Shown here piece after piece: positions 27,709 to 37,620 of a stretch of 64,000 bases of DNA (position 1 is the first letter of the stretch; the number at the start of each line of letters is the position of its first letter). The notes beneath the pieces were generated by a model that did no database searches, was not told the DNA's origin, and worked only from the letters and a program-made list of their open reading frames with translations. The translations under genes and the position numbers were made by a program. The stretch is from assembly GCA_016783555.1 (NCBI GenBank), contig JADHWH010000002.1, positions 2,037-66,036 on the forward strand. Reading direction: 5' to 3'. Source of the stretch: Candidatus Omnitrophota bacterium. Lineage in GTDB: Bacteria > Omnitrophota > Gorgyraeia > JABMRJ01.

Positions 27709-28461
27709 ATGCCCAGAATAGAAGCGATAAACATATTATTTAAAAGGACGAAACTTTTCATCCAGGATCCCCGTAAATTCATTCAGGATGCCCGCAGATT
27801 CCTGCGCCCTGTGCCCGGAGAATACAGGAAGTGGTCCAGCATGAGTTTGAAGGATTGGCTTTTATATCACCAAAAGGAGATAGTCTTTGATAAGTGTCAC
27901 TGGATGGGCAAACGCGCATTCAAGAACCCATTCGACGCGTGGATATATCAGGAGATAATCTATGAGGTCAAACCCGATCTTATAATAGAGATAGGGAGCG
28001 CAGAAGGCGGAAGCACGCTCTATTTTGCCCATCTCCTTGATATAATCGGAAAAGGAAAGATAGTCTCAATTGATATCGAGAGGTCAAAATTTAATGTAAG
28101 GCATAGAAGGATTGATGTGATTACAGGCGACAGCTCAAGCCCTGAAACAGTTGCCAAGGTATCTAGGCTATGCCGGGGTAGATCCGTTATGGTAATACAT
28201 GACGGCGACCATTCGAAGGGCCAGGTTCTTAAAGACCTGAAGGCCTATTCGAATTTTGTAAGCATGGGAAGTTATCTTATTGTAGAGGATGGTATAATAG
28301 ACCTGTTTAAACCGGGCGACGGCATAGGGACATATGTAGACGGGCCGTATAATGCGGTAAATGACTTCCTGGAAGATCACCCGAATTTTATAGTGGATAA
28401 AGAACGGGAACGTTATATAATGACATATAATCCAAGAGGTTTTCTAAAGAGGATTAAATAA
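27709..28461 (+). CDS. CmcI-family (cephalosporin-hydroxylase-like) class I methyltransferase
   Basis: W..MG...KNPFDAWIYQEIIYEVKPDLIIEIGSAEGGSTLYFAHLL signature of the CmcI/rhamnosyl O-methyltransferase family. Confidence 0.65.
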   Translation: MPRIEAINILFKRTKLFIQDPRKFIQDARRFLRPVPGEYRKWSSMSLKDWLLYHQKEIVFDKCHWMGKRAFKNPFDAWIYQEIIYEVKPDLIIEIGSAEGGSTLYFAHLLDIIGKGKIVSIDIERSKFNVRHRRIDVITGDSSSPETVAKVSRLCRGRSVMVIHDGDHSKGQVLKDLKAYSNFVSMGSYLIVEDGIIDLFKPGDGIGTYVDGPYNAVNDFLEDHPNFIVDKERERYIMTYNPRGFLKRIK

Positions 28462-28462
28462 A

Positions 28463-28957
28463 GTGGAGACGTTCGATTCCATAGAAAGAAGAGCAAGTGT
28501 AAGGGGGTATCAGTCCAAGGCTGTTTCAAAAGAGCTGTTGGAAAGAGTTGTCGACGCCGGAAGGCGGGCGCCTACCGCAAGGGGAGAGGAACCCTGGGAA
28601 TTTGTGGTCATTGTAAATAAGGAGACCCTAAAAGAGCTTGGCGGAATAGCAAACTCCGGCAGCTTTATTAAGGATGCGGCCGCATGCATAGCAATATTCT
28701 GCAGGGATACCAAATATTATCTCGAAGACGGCTGCGCCGCTACCGAAAATATCCTCATTGCCGCTCAAGACCTGGGTTTGGGGGCATGCTGGGTAGCCGG
28801 TGATAAGAAGCCCTACATAGGTGAAGTTTCCAGGCTCTTGGCGGCTCCTCAAGGCTCAAGATTAATAAGTCTAATCTCACTGGGCTGGCCGGCGGAGAAG
28901 ATCAAACAGAATAAGACCCGGCAGTTAAGAGACGTTCTTCACTGGGAAAGATTTTGA
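28463..28957 (+). CDS. nitroreductase-family flavoprotein
   Basis: RRASVRGYQ..., PTARGEEPWEFVVI, AAQDLGLGACWV motifs; GTG start. Confidence 0.75.
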   Translation: METFDSIERRASVRGYQSKAVSKELLERVVDAGRRAPTARGEEPWEFVVIVNKETLKELGGIANSGSFIKDAAACIAIFCRDTKYYLEDGCAATENILIAAQDLGLGACWVAGDKKPYIGEVSRLLAAPQGSRLISLISLGWPAEKIKQNKTRQLRDVLHWERF

Positions 28958-29002
28958 CGTCTTTATCAAAAGAGAAAAGAGCGAAAAGAAAATAGGTAAC
29001 TT

Positions 29003-30052
29003 ATGAACACACGTCTACTTATAATCGGCGGTGATGAAAGGGTAGTGAATCTCCTTAAGGCACTGAGAGAGCTTAGGGGTATTAAGCTGGAGGGGCTTTG
29101 TGATAAAAGAGAGGACTCTCCCGGCATGAACTACGCCCGCAAGATAGCGCTCGATACTTATACCGACTTTAAGACGTGCATATCCGAAAAAAGACCCGAT
29201 ATTATAATCAATACGTCAGGCTGCAAAAAATTCCAAAAAGCGCTTAAGGACCTGAAAAAGAGGGATATCAAGATAATAGATTTAAAGACAGCCGGCCTCT
29301 TATTAGATATTGCCTCCGAGGAGATAAGATCAAAGAAAGAGGTCGATAAGATGAAGACGGAATTTATCTCTGCCACTTCTCACGAATTAAGGACGCCCCT
29401 GACAGCGATAAAAGAGTCGGTTATGCTTGTATTGGACGGCACCGCAGGCAAGGTATCCCCTCAGCAGATACGTTTTTTGAATATTACCAGGAAGAATATA
29501 AATAGACTGGCCGAATTAATAAATAATCTGCTCGATATATCTAAGATAGAGAGCGGCAGGCTAAAGCTCAAAAAAGAATTATGCAGCATATCCGGGCTTG
29601 TGATATACACAGTAAGATCCATGAAGCCCCTTGTCAGAGAGAATAGGCTTAAATTGAAGCTGGATATACCAAAGGCGCTGCCTAAGGTTTACTGCGATCA
29701 CGACAGAGTAGAACAAGTTCTTCTTAATTTTGTAGACAACGCTGCTAAATATACCCCGGCAGGCGGCAACATTAATATTAAGGCCTCGGAGCTCGTTGTT
29801 AAAAAGAAGAGATTCATGCAGATCTCTGTTAGGGATACCGGTATAGGCATAGCCAAGAAAGATATACCCAAGCTTTTTATCAGATTTGAACAGCTGGATA
29901 AATCTCTTACGAGAAGACCCGGCGGGGCAGGCCTCGGGCTTGCTATATGCAGAAAGCTTATCGAGATGCACGGCGGGCGTGTGTGGGTAGACTCTAGACC
30001 AGGCGGGGGTTCGATATTCAGTTTTACATTGCCGGTTGACGGCAGGAAGTGA
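29003..30052 (+). CDS. cytoplasmic sensor histidine kinase (N-terminal uncharacterised domain + HisKA + HATPase_c)
   Basis: H-box SHELRTPL, N-box NAAKYT, G1 DTGIGI, G2 GGAGLGL. No TM segments. Confidence 0.85.
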   Translation: MNTRLLIIGGDERVVNLLKALRELRGIKLEGLCDKREDSPGMNYARKIALDTYTDFKTCISEKRPDIIINTSGCKKFQKALKDLKKRDIKIIDLKTAGLLLDIASEEIRSKKEVDKMKTEFISATSHELRTPLTAIKESVMLVLDGTAGKVSPQQIRFLNITRKNINRLAELINNLLDISKIESGRLKLKKELCSISGLVIYTVRSMKPLVRENRLKLKLDIPKALPKVYCDHDRVEQVLLNFVDNAAKYTPAGGNINIKASELVVKKKRFMQISVRDTGIGIAKKDIPKLFIRFEQLDKSLTRRPGGAGLGLAICRKLIEMHGGRVWVDSRPGGGSIFSFTLPVDGRK

Positions 30053-30079
30053 ACCGGCATTGAAAACGAGGGGGTAGAT

Positions 30080-30484
30080 ATGGCAAAATTGAAGATCTTA
30101 TTGATAGATGACGAAAAAGATTTTCTCGAGCTTATGGGCAGGGTTATAAAGATGTGGGGCTATGATCTGATTACGGCCTTAAACGGAAAGGACGGAATAG
30201 ACGCGGTGAAAAAAAAGAGCCCGGATATCATAATATTAGATTATATAATGCCGGATTTAGACGGACTCTCTACGCTCAAAAAAATAAGGAGAATCGACAG
30301 AAAGATTCCCGTTATCATGTTTACGGCGCACCCCGACGGCAAATCATTAGGTCATACGGAAAGATTAGGGGTATCTTCATATATACCCAAGATGAGCGCA
30401 TATTCCGATACTCACGCTACGCTAAAGGCGGCTATCGAGATGGCGACAAAGAAATTGGGCGATAGGGGGTTACGAGATGGATAA
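30080..30484 (+). CDS. stand-alone response-regulator receiver
   Basis: ILLIDDEKDF...DIIILDYIMPDLDG. Confidence 0.85.
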   Translation: MAKLKILLIDDEKDFLELMGRVIKMWGYDLITALNGKDGIDAVKKKSPDIIILDYIMPDLDGLSTLKKIRRIDRKIPVIMFTAHPDGKSLGHTERLGVSSYIPKMSAYSDTHATLKAAIEMATKKLGDRGLRDG

Positions 30485-30848
30485 GAAGAGAATATTATTG
30501 GTTGATGATGAAAAAGACCTGGTTGAGACATTGACCTTCAGGCTGAAGGCAAATAATTACGAAGTAATCCCGGCCTATGACGGACAGGACGCATTCGACA
30601 AGGCGAAGAAAGAAAAACCGGATATAATAATATTGGATTTAATGCTCCCCAAGATGGACGGATATAAAGTCTGCGGCCTGCTTAAGGCTGATGCCAGATA
30701 CAGGAGTATCCCTATAGTCTTGTTTACCGCCCGCGCCCAGGATTCAGACAGGAAGATGGGTGAAGAAGTCGGCGCAGACGCGTATGTCACCAAGCCTTTT
30801 GAACCGCAGGTCTTGCTTGCAAAGATCAAAGAGTTATTAGAAAAATAA
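30477..30848 (+). CDS. stand-alone response-regulator receiver
   Basis: ILLVDDEKDL...DIIILDLMLPKMDG; ATGA overlap with the upstream receiver. Confidence 0.85.
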   Translation: MDKKRILLVDDEKDLVETLTFRLKANNYEVIPAYDGQDAFDKAKKEKPDIIILDLMLPKMDGYKVCGLLKADARYRSIPIVLFTARAQDSDRKMGEEVGADAYVTKPFEPQVLLAKIKELLEK

Positions 30849-30857
30849 GGAGATTAC

Positions 30858-32405
30858 ATGGCACGCGCTAAGGTAAAACAGAGAGGCGATGATTACCGAG
30901 AGCTTGTAGAAGGGCTTAAGAAGGCGAATGAAGAACTGAACAAAATAAATCAGATGAAATCCGATTTCATATCAGCGGTCTCTCATGAAATCCGCACGCC
31001 GTTGGCCTTGATCAAAGAGGGGGTTACGCAGGTATTAGACGGGACACTGGGGAGCCTCGCCAAAGATCAAGAGAGGTCCTTATCTATTGCGTGGGATAGT
31101 ATCGATAGGCTGTCAAAGGTGGTGGATTCTCTCTTGGATATCTCCAAGCTTGATGCGGGAAGGGTTGAGCTCAGAAGGACCCACGTAGATATGCCTGAAG
31201 TCGTAGAGGGCGTAGTCGAAGAATTCCGGCGCCTTGCCGAGAGCAAACGGATCAGTTTAAAATACAACAGGCCTGAAGAAAATTTCGAGATGTTTATAGA
31301 CGCAGAGAACATCAGGGGGGTTATTTCAAACCTTCTCTCAAACGCATTCAAGTTTACAAAAGAGGGCGGGGAGATTACAGTTGACTTGGAGGATAAAGGT
31401 AAGCATATGATTATGTCGGTAAAGGACACCGGCATCGGGATTGCGAAGGCTAATGTACCGAAGTTGTTTGATAAATATTCTCAATTCGGCCAAGCCCCCG
31501 CAGGCTACAAAGAAAAAGGCACGGGCCTGGGCCTCGCTATCGCTAAGGGGGTAGTAGAGATGCATAACGGCCGCATCTGGGCAGAATCGGCATTGGGCAA
31601 AGGAAGCACGTTTATATTTATGATTCCCAGGTTAAGCAGCGAAACCGTATTCAGGGAATATATATCTTACGGAATTAAAGAAGCCATTAATAAGGAGTCT
31701 TTCTTATCCATAGTGGTCTTGCGGCTAGAGGGCTATAAAGAACTACAGAAGAAGTTAAAGTCCGATGAGACCATAACTATATTGACCGGTCTGGAAGGAG
31801 ATGTAAGGAAGATACTCAGAAGCAATACAGACATATTCTTAAGAGACACCGGCGAATGCGTAATAGTGCTTTTCGGCACGGACAGAAGCGGGGTTATGGT
31901 CGTTAAGAACAAGGTTATAGAAGCGGCGAGAAGATATATAGACCAGGTTCAAAAAAAGCGTAAGACCATACTTAAAATCAGCATAGGGATATCCACCTAC
32001 CCCGAAGAAGCCAGGACGAGCGAAGAGATGCTCTTTAAGGCCCGTGTTAGATTAATCCCCATGTATACCGGCCCCGAGAGGAGGCAGTATTACCGTAAGA
32101 TCTGCAAGATTGACGCGAGGGCTGTTAAGGAGGAGAAAGAGCTTATGGAGCTTGAGACGGTTGATGTAAGCGAAGGGGGAGTCTGTATATTTACTGATTC
32201 GCCGGTCAAAAAAGGCTCAATGCACGAATTTATCTTTGACTTGCCGAGAGGGCTTGGAACCATAAAGACGAAGGTCAAAGCGATATGGGCAATAAAAGAA
32301 GAAGGAAGAGAGAGTTATAGAACCGGTTTTCAGTTTACTGAAGTGAGCAATGAGGATTTAAAGAAACTCAGGAGTTTTATATATTCCGGTTCCAGGGGAG
32401 AATAG
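30858..32405 (+). CDS. cytoplasmic histidine kinase fused to a degenerate GGDEF-like domain and a C-terminal PilZ domain
   Basis: HisKA (SHEIRTPL) + HATPase_c (DTGIGI, GTGLGL); middle domain with GGDEF-like fold (IVVLRLEGYKEL...RDTGECVIVL) lacking the GG(D/E)EF active site; PilZ motifs RRQYYR and DVSEGG. Confidence 0.7.
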   Translation: MARAKVKQRGDDYRELVEGLKKANEELNKINQMKSDFISAVSHEIRTPLALIKEGVTQVLDGTLGSLAKDQERSLSIAWDSIDRLSKVVDSLLDISKLDAGRVELRRTHVDMPEVVEGVVEEFRRLAESKRISLKYNRPEENFEMFIDAENIRGVISNLLSNAFKFTKEGGEITVDLEDKGKHMIMSVKDTGIGIAKANVPKLFDKYSQFGQAPAGYKEKGTGLGLAIAKGVVEMHNGRIWAESALGKGSTFIFMIPRLSSETVFREYISYGIKEAINKESFLSIVVLRLEGYKELQKKLKSDETITILTGLEGDVRKILRSNTDIFLRDTGECVIVLFGTDRSGVMVVKNKVIEAARRYIDQVQKKRKTILKISIGISTYPEEARTSEEMLFKARVRLIPMYTGPERRQYYRKICKIDARAVKEEKELMELETVDVSEGGVCIFTDSPVKKGSMHEFIFDLPRGLGTIKTKVKAIWAIKEEGRESYRTGFQFTEVSNEDLKKLRSFIYSGSRGE

Positions 32406-32408
32406 CAT

Positions 32409-34106
32409 ATGGCGAGGAAGGTCAAGAAGGCGTTAGGCGAAAGCCTGGTAGATGCGGGGATTATAACGCGCGACCAGCTTAAAGAGGCGCAGGATGAAGA
32501 ACAGAAGACCGGCCAGCGCCTGCGCACGGTTTTAGTGAAGACGGGGTTAATCGCGGAAGAAGACCTTGTGGCGTTCTTAAGCGATAAATTAGGCGTGCCG
32601 AGAATCGAACTGGGCAACTATTTAATAGACTCAAAGATAGTGGAATTAATACCGGAGGAACTCGCAAGAAAGCACGGACTTATCCCGGTATTAAAGATAG
32701 GAAACCGCCTTACCTGCGTCATGGTCGACCCCTGGAATGTATTTGCGCTCGATGAGATAAGGTTGAGGACCAATCTTATTATCGAGCCGGCGGTGGCTAC
32801 CGAGTCCGAAATCAAGAAGGCCCAGAATGAGCATTACGGCGCAAAGGGGACGATGGAGGATGTAATAAAGAGTGTCGAGAAAGAGAAAGTCGAGATAAAA
32901 GCGGGAGAGACGGATGTCAGGAGGTTAGAAGGGGTAGCTGAGGAGCCTGTTGTCGTAAGATTGGTTAATGTGATAATCATGAAGGCCGTTGGGGAAAGGG
33001 CAAGTGATATACATATTGAACCGGAAGAGACGGCGCTTAAGACGCGATTCAGGGTTGACGGCATGCTTCATGAGGTCCAGTCTCCGCCTAAGCATCTGCA
33101 GTCTGCTATAATCTCAAGGATTAAGATAATGGCAAATTTAGACATCGCCGAGAGGAGGATCCCCCAGGACGGAAGATTCGACATAAATATAGCGGGTAGA
33201 AAGATCGATGTCCGCGTATCATGTGTGCCTACCGTATACGGCGAGAATGTAGTCATGCGGCTTTTGGACGTAGCCACGACGCTTTTGACGCTTAGGGATA
33301 TAGGGTTTTCCAAAGAGATTCTCCTTGAATATCAGAAGCTCATTTCGCGGCCGCACGGCATAATATTGGTTACAGGCCCTACCGGCAGCGGAAAGACAAC
33401 TACGCTCTATGCGTCTTTAGACAAGATAAACACCGTTGAGAAAAATATAATCACTATTGAAGATCCCGTTGAATATAAACTCGCGGGCATAAGGCAGATT
33501 CAGGTAAATGAGAAAGTGAATCTTACCTTCGCCAATGGGCTGAGGTCCATATTGAGACAGGATCCGGATATAATAATGATAGGCGAGATAAGAGACTATG
33601 ATGCCGCTGAGATCGCAATCCACGCCGCTCTTACCGGCCATCTTGTCTTTTCCACGCTCCATACTAACGACGCGCCGGGCGCCGTAACGAGATTGCTGGA
33701 TATAGGCCTGGAGCCGTTTTTAGTCTCCTCTTCTATAATAGGCATCCTGGCCCAGAGGCTTATAAGGACAGTCTGCAAGGATTGCAAAGAGGAATATACG
33801 CCTACCGAAGAAGAGTTGAGAGATATCGGGTTATTAGAAAGAAGCCAGAAAAAAATAAAATTCTATAGGGGCAAGGGGTGTCAGAAGTGTATGAATACAG
33901 GCTACAAGGGCAGAATAGGGATCTTTGAGCTGATGCCTATTACCGATAAGATTCGAAATCTAATCGTTGCCAAGGCCCCCGTAGAAGATATAAGAAGAGA
34001 GGCGCTTTCGTTGAAAATGGTTACATTGACAGCGAACGGCATAGATAAGATTGTGGAAGGCCTTACCACAGCGGAAGAGGTGCTGCGGGTGACTCAGGAG
34101 GAGTAA
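32409..34106 (+). CDS. pilB: type IV pilus assembly ATPase PilB/GspE with N-terminal MshEN-type domain
   Basis: Two MshEN-like motifs (ALGESLVDAGIITRDQLKEAQ, RLRTVLVKTGLIAEEDLVAFLSDKLG); Walker A GPTGSGKTT; tetracysteine CKDC...CQKC. Confidence 0.85.
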   Translation: MARKVKKALGESLVDAGIITRDQLKEAQDEEQKTGQRLRTVLVKTGLIAEEDLVAFLSDKLGVPRIELGNYLIDSKIVELIPEELARKHGLIPVLKIGNRLTCVMVDPWNVFALDEIRLRTNLIIEPAVATESEIKKAQNEHYGAKGTMEDVIKSVEKEKVEIKAGETDVRRLEGVAEEPVVVRLVNVIIMKAVGERASDIHIEPEETALKTRFRVDGMLHEVQSPPKHLQSAIISRIKIMANLDIAERRIPQDGRFDINIAGRKIDVRVSCVPTVYGENVVMRLLDVATTLLTLRDIGFSKEILLEYQKLISRPHGIILVTGPTGSGKTTTLYASLDKINTVEKNIITIEDPVEYKLAGIRQIQVNEKVNLTFANGLRSILRQDPDIIMIGEIRDYDAAEIAIHAALTGHLVFSTLHTNDAPGAVTRLLDIGLEPFLVSSSIIGILAQRLIRTVCKDCKEEYTPTEEELRDIGLLERSQKKIKFYRGKGCQKCMNTGYKGRIGIFELMPITDKIRNLIVAKAPVEDIRREALSLKMVTLTANGIDKIVEGLTTAEEVLRVTQEE

Positions 34107-35320
34107 TGAGCAGATTTGCCTACAGGGCGCGTGATACTATGGGAAAACCCGTCAAGGGCTCGATAGAAGCAGATACAAAGACAGAAGTCATAGACAGGCT
34201 TAATAAGATGAACTATATGGCGACGTATGTTGGTGAAATCAGACCCAGCACGAAGTTAGAATCGATGCTCCAGGGGTTAAAGAGGGTTAGAAGTGATGAC
34301 ATGCTGCTGTTTTTTATTCAATTCTCCAACATGATAAATGCGGGTATACCCATTCTTACGTGCCTTCACACGCTCGAGGCGCAGATAGAGAATGTAGTCT
34401 TAAAGAAGACCGTGCGCGGCGTGGCAAATAACGTTGAAGGCGGGGATAGTCTTTCTCAGGCATTTGCGGGATTTCCCTTTATATTTCCCAGGCTATTTAC
34501 AAATATGATAAAGGCCGGCGAGGCAAGCGGAAAGCTCGATACTGTTTTGGCAAGATACGCCCAGTTTTTTGAACATCAGGAGGATTTAAGACAGCAGGTA
34601 AAGGGGGCGCTTATATATCCTATAATACTTTTATGCGCGGGGCTTGTCGTTATTCTTATCATAGTTACTTTTGTTATCCCTCAGTTTGCCGAGATCTACA
34701 TGAAGGCAGGCATAAGGCTGCCGATACCGACGCTGATCGTCTATAATATCGGCACAGCGATCAGGCATTATTGGTATCTCTTCGTTTTAGCTCTTCTCCT
34801 TATCTCAACCGGCATTAAATATTATTCAAGGACCAAGAGAGGCACGCTTAAATTTGATAGATTGAAATTGAAGATACCCGTCATCGGGCCGCTCAACCGC
34901 AAGGTAGCTATCGCCAGATTCTCAAGGACGCTGGCGACGCTTGTCGGAAGTGGTGTCCCTATATTGGAGTCGTTGGATATAACAAGGGGCGTTATAGAGA
35001 ATGAAATATTGGCGCGGGTTATAGATAATATGCGAGGCTGTGTCGAGAAGGGCGATAGGATGGCCGGGTCTTTAAAGATAAGCGAAGAATTTCCGTCAGA
35101 TGTGATTCAGATGATCAATGTGGGGGAAGAGACCGGAAGTCTCGATACGATGTTAAATAAGATCGCGGACTTCTATGATATGACGGTTGGATACGCTGTA
35201 AGGAGATTGACCACTCTTATCGAGCCGTTCTTTTTAGTCATAATGGGCGTTATGATAGGGTTTATAATGGCATCGATGCTTCTGCCCATTTTTGATATGA
35301 TAAAGACCTTGCGCCATTGA
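34106..35320 (+). CDS. pilC: type IV pilus inner-membrane platform protein PilC/GspF
   Basis: Two GspF repeats and 3 TM segments; ATGA overlap with pilB. Confidence 0.85.
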   Translation: MSRFAYRARDTMGKPVKGSIEADTKTEVIDRLNKMNYMATYVGEIRPSTKLESMLQGLKRVRSDDMLLFFIQFSNMINAGIPILTCLHTLEAQIENVVLKKTVRGVANNVEGGDSLSQAFAGFPFIFPRLFTNMIKAGEASGKLDTVLARYAQFFEHQEDLRQQVKGALIYPIILLCAGLVVILIIVTFVIPQFAEIYMKAGIRLPIPTLIVYNIGTAIRHYWYLFVLALLLISTGIKYYSRTKRGTLKFDRLKLKIPVIGPLNRKVAIARFSRTLATLVGSGVPILESLDITRGVIENEILARVIDNMRGCVEKGDRMAGSLKISEEFPSDVIQMINVGEETGSLDTMLNKIADFYDMTVGYAVRRLTTLIEPFFLVIMGVMIGFIMASMLLPIFDMIKTLRH

Positions 35321-35340
35321 GATGGAAGAGGGGGTGAAGT

Positions 35341-35568
35341 ATGCAAGTATTTATGGAAATGTTCTTAACGGTTGCGTCTTTAATCTTTTTGCTTGTCGGC
35401 GCACTCTTTTTGCTCTCTCCACAGACCGTTGTCAAGATCTCTAATTTTTTAAATCTGACCGCATTTACCATAGATGAAAAGATGCACAGGATGCGGAGGG
35501 CGGTCGGGGCATTCTTTCTTGTCTTGAGTATTGTGTTGTGGTATATTGGTTTTCCAGGTCCGCGTTAA
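35341..35568 (+). CDS. hypothetical small two-TM membrane protein
   Basis: 75 aa with two hydrophobic helices, lying between pilC and the pilin gene. Confidence 0.35.
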   Translation: MQVFMEMFLTVASLIFLLVGALFLLSPQTVVKISNFLNLTAFTIDEKMHRMRRAVGAFFLVLSIVLWYIGFPGPR

Positions 35569-35610
35569 GGGAATTTATTATAAAAAAAGAGATAAAAAGG
35601 AGGATTAAGG

Positions 35611-36039
35611 ATGAAGAGAGGCTTTACGATTCTCGAACTTCTGATAGTCATAGCTGTAATATCCATCCTGGTCGGCATAGCGCTTCCGCGATTCAGGGGC
35701 ATGCAGGTGGAAGGGCTCTACGCGCAGGCAAAAGGAGAATTGCGCACACTCCAGACCGCCGTGGAGAGCTATTATATCCACAATGGCGCTTATCCTTCTA
35801 CTTTTCCCGATGATGTCGAAGGGGCAACCCCTAATATTATCGGCGCCACTGCTCCTACGGATCCATTTACCACCAGCAGTGATTATGGATATGATACCAC
35901 GGGAAATTATTACATCATATGGTCGGTAGGCCCCGGCGGCACGGCGACCATTTCCGGGATTGATACGAATGGAGCTCTTGAAGGCACAACCGGCGATGAT
36001 ATATACGCCTCTAATGCCTTTGCTACTATAGGCGGCTGA
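35611..36039 (+). CDS. type IV major pilin (class III signal peptide)
   Basis: MKRG|FTILELLIVIAVISIL prepilin cleavage/methylation motif with Glu at +5; strong SD AAAAAGGAGG. Confidence 0.8.
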   Translation: MKRGFTILELLIVIAVISILVGIALPRFRGMQVEGLYAQAKGELRTLQTAVESYYIHNGAYPSTFPDDVEGATPNIIGATAPTDPFTTSSDYGYDTTGNYYIIWSVGPGGTATISGIDTNGALEGTTGDDIYASNAFATIGG

Positions 36040-36049
36040 TCGGACATAT

Positions 36050-36448
36050 ATGGGGGACTCGATTCGCGGTTTTACATTATTGGAGGTCCTTATCGCTACT
36101 GTCATTATGACGGCAGGGATGCTGGCGATAATGTGGGCCTTTAGTGCGGGGATATTCGCCATAAGCGACGTCGAGAATGTAGAAGATACCCTGAATGCCG
36201 GCCAGTTGAAGATGGAGGAGGTCTTCGCCGAACTAAAAGATATAAATTTTTCTGTGTTGACTGACCAGAATGTGCAGGATTTTGAAGATAGAAAGAGCGG
36301 CACGGTTTCGGGATACGATGTGACCGTAGACTTATATGAAGATGATCTTGATTCAGGAGATCTTATGCAGATAGATGTGAAGGTTGAATGGGATGTAAAA
36401 GGCGGAACAGCAGAACTTATCTTAACAACGTTAGCAGCCGACTATTAA
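36050..36448 (+). CDS. type IV minor pilin (prepilin-type N-terminus)
   Basis: IRG|FTLLEVLIATVIMTAG; acidic globular domain. Confidence 0.6.
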   Translation: MGDSIRGFTLLEVLIATVIMTAGMLAIMWAFSAGIFAISDVENVEDTLNAGQLKMEEVFAELKDINFSVLTDQNVQDFEDRKSGTVSGYDVTVDLYEDDLDSGDLMQIDVKVEWDVKGGTAELILTTLAADY

Positions 36449-37620
36449 TGAAGAAGATGCGGGGTGCGAATCACGCGTTCACAATTATAGAATTGATGAT
36501 GACGATTGTGCTCTTTGTCATTTTAACCGTAGTCTCAATCTTTCTATTCCGTACGATTTTATTAAGCTGGTCCAGCCAGGAGACCAGGGCGGGTATCGAT
36601 ATAGATATCGATTTTGCAGTGGAGAATATGGTGCGGGACCTGAGGGAGGCCCAGATAGTAGGTTTTGCCAATGCCGATGAGATAAGATTTACACAAGGCC
36701 TCAACGACGACACTAATAATTACATATATTACCTTTATGACTCCAGTGATTCCTATCCGCCCGATTTTGACCAGGATACATACCAATTAAGAAAGGCCGG
36801 CTTAACCGGCGTAAGCGGCCGGGATCTGTCAACGGGGACTTTTACCTATGGCGAGGGAGATATTATCACAACCGATGTGATATCGCCCAATGACGCGGAT
36901 GATCCATCGGATCTGTCGTTCAGGGTGCCGGAGGCGTTTTATTATGTACTCCACGCAGGCAACCTCTATACAGGCGACGATATTACTTTTCAAGGTTCCA
37001 GCGGAACGATCACCGGTGATTTAAGTGCCTCTGATAAAGTATCACAAGAAAGCGGCATGACGATAAACGGGACTATATACGAGATGGGCGACTCCAATAC
37101 GACTCTGCCTATCGTGGGACTCTCTTACTACGGGAGTATCGCTGATTATTCTTACACAACCAACCAGACATTTTCGGCAGATCCGGCGGCTGGGATACAC
37201 TACATAGACGGCAATGTCACAATAACGAGCAACGTGACTATTGACAACGCAACGATTATCGCTACGGAAGGTATTACCCTGCGGAATGCCACGGGTTTGA
37301 CCGTAAGCCCGGCATATCCTTATCCCGCCCTAGTCGCAGGGAGCAGTATTAACGCAAGCGGGGCAGAGGGCACTATAAACGGCCTGGTCTATGCTGCTGG
37401 TAACGTAGATTTAGATCAGGCGAACATTATCCTTAATGGTACGATGGTTGCGGGCGGCACCATTACTATGACCGACGGGACCTTTACGTGTACCTATGAT
37501 TCTGATATACAATCTGTCTCACCCCCATATTTTTATTACAGCACTATTACTTTAGATTTATGCGTCGAAAGCGACGACGAGAAGATAGAATCGAGCACAA
37601 AGGTAAGGCCGAGATTATGA
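36448..37620 (+). CDS. large pseudopilin (prepilin-type N-terminus + N/T/G-rich beta-helix-like repeat domain)
   Basis: Start set at ATG 36448 (TAATG overlap): MKKMRGANHA|FTIIELMMTIVLFVIL; C-terminal repeats (NVTITSNVTIDNATIIATEGITL...TINGLVYAAGNVDL). Confidence 0.6.
   Translation: MKKMRGANHAFTIIELMMTIVLFVILTVVSIFLFRTILLSWSSQETRAGIDIDIDFAVENMVRDLREAQIVGFANADEIRFTQGLNDDTNNYIYYLYDSSDSYPPDFDQDTYQLRKAGLTGVSGRDLSTGTFTYGEGDIITTDVISPNDADDPSDLSFRVPEAFYYVLHAGNLYTGDDITFQGSSGTITGDLSASDKVSQESGMTINGTIYEMGDSNTTLPIVGLSYYGSIADYSYTTNQTFSADPAAGIHYIDGNVTITSNVTIDNATIIATEGITLRNATGLTVSPAYPYPALVAGSSINASGAEGTINGLVYAAGNVDLDQANIILNGTMVAGGTITMTDGTFTCTYDSDIQSVSPPYFYYSTITLDLCVESDDEKIESSTKVRPRL

Noticed and set aside
35605-36303. 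232-aa minus-strand ORF antisense to the pilin genes
   Set aside because: Antisense to two ORFs with canonical prepilin motifs and a strong SD; no recognisable domain.
36388-36447. Track start (36388) of the large pseudopilin gene
   Set aside because: It would overlap the preceding minor pilin by 60 nt and add 20 residues before the prepilin leader; ATG 36448 gives a canonical short leader (MKKMRGANHA|FTIIE).
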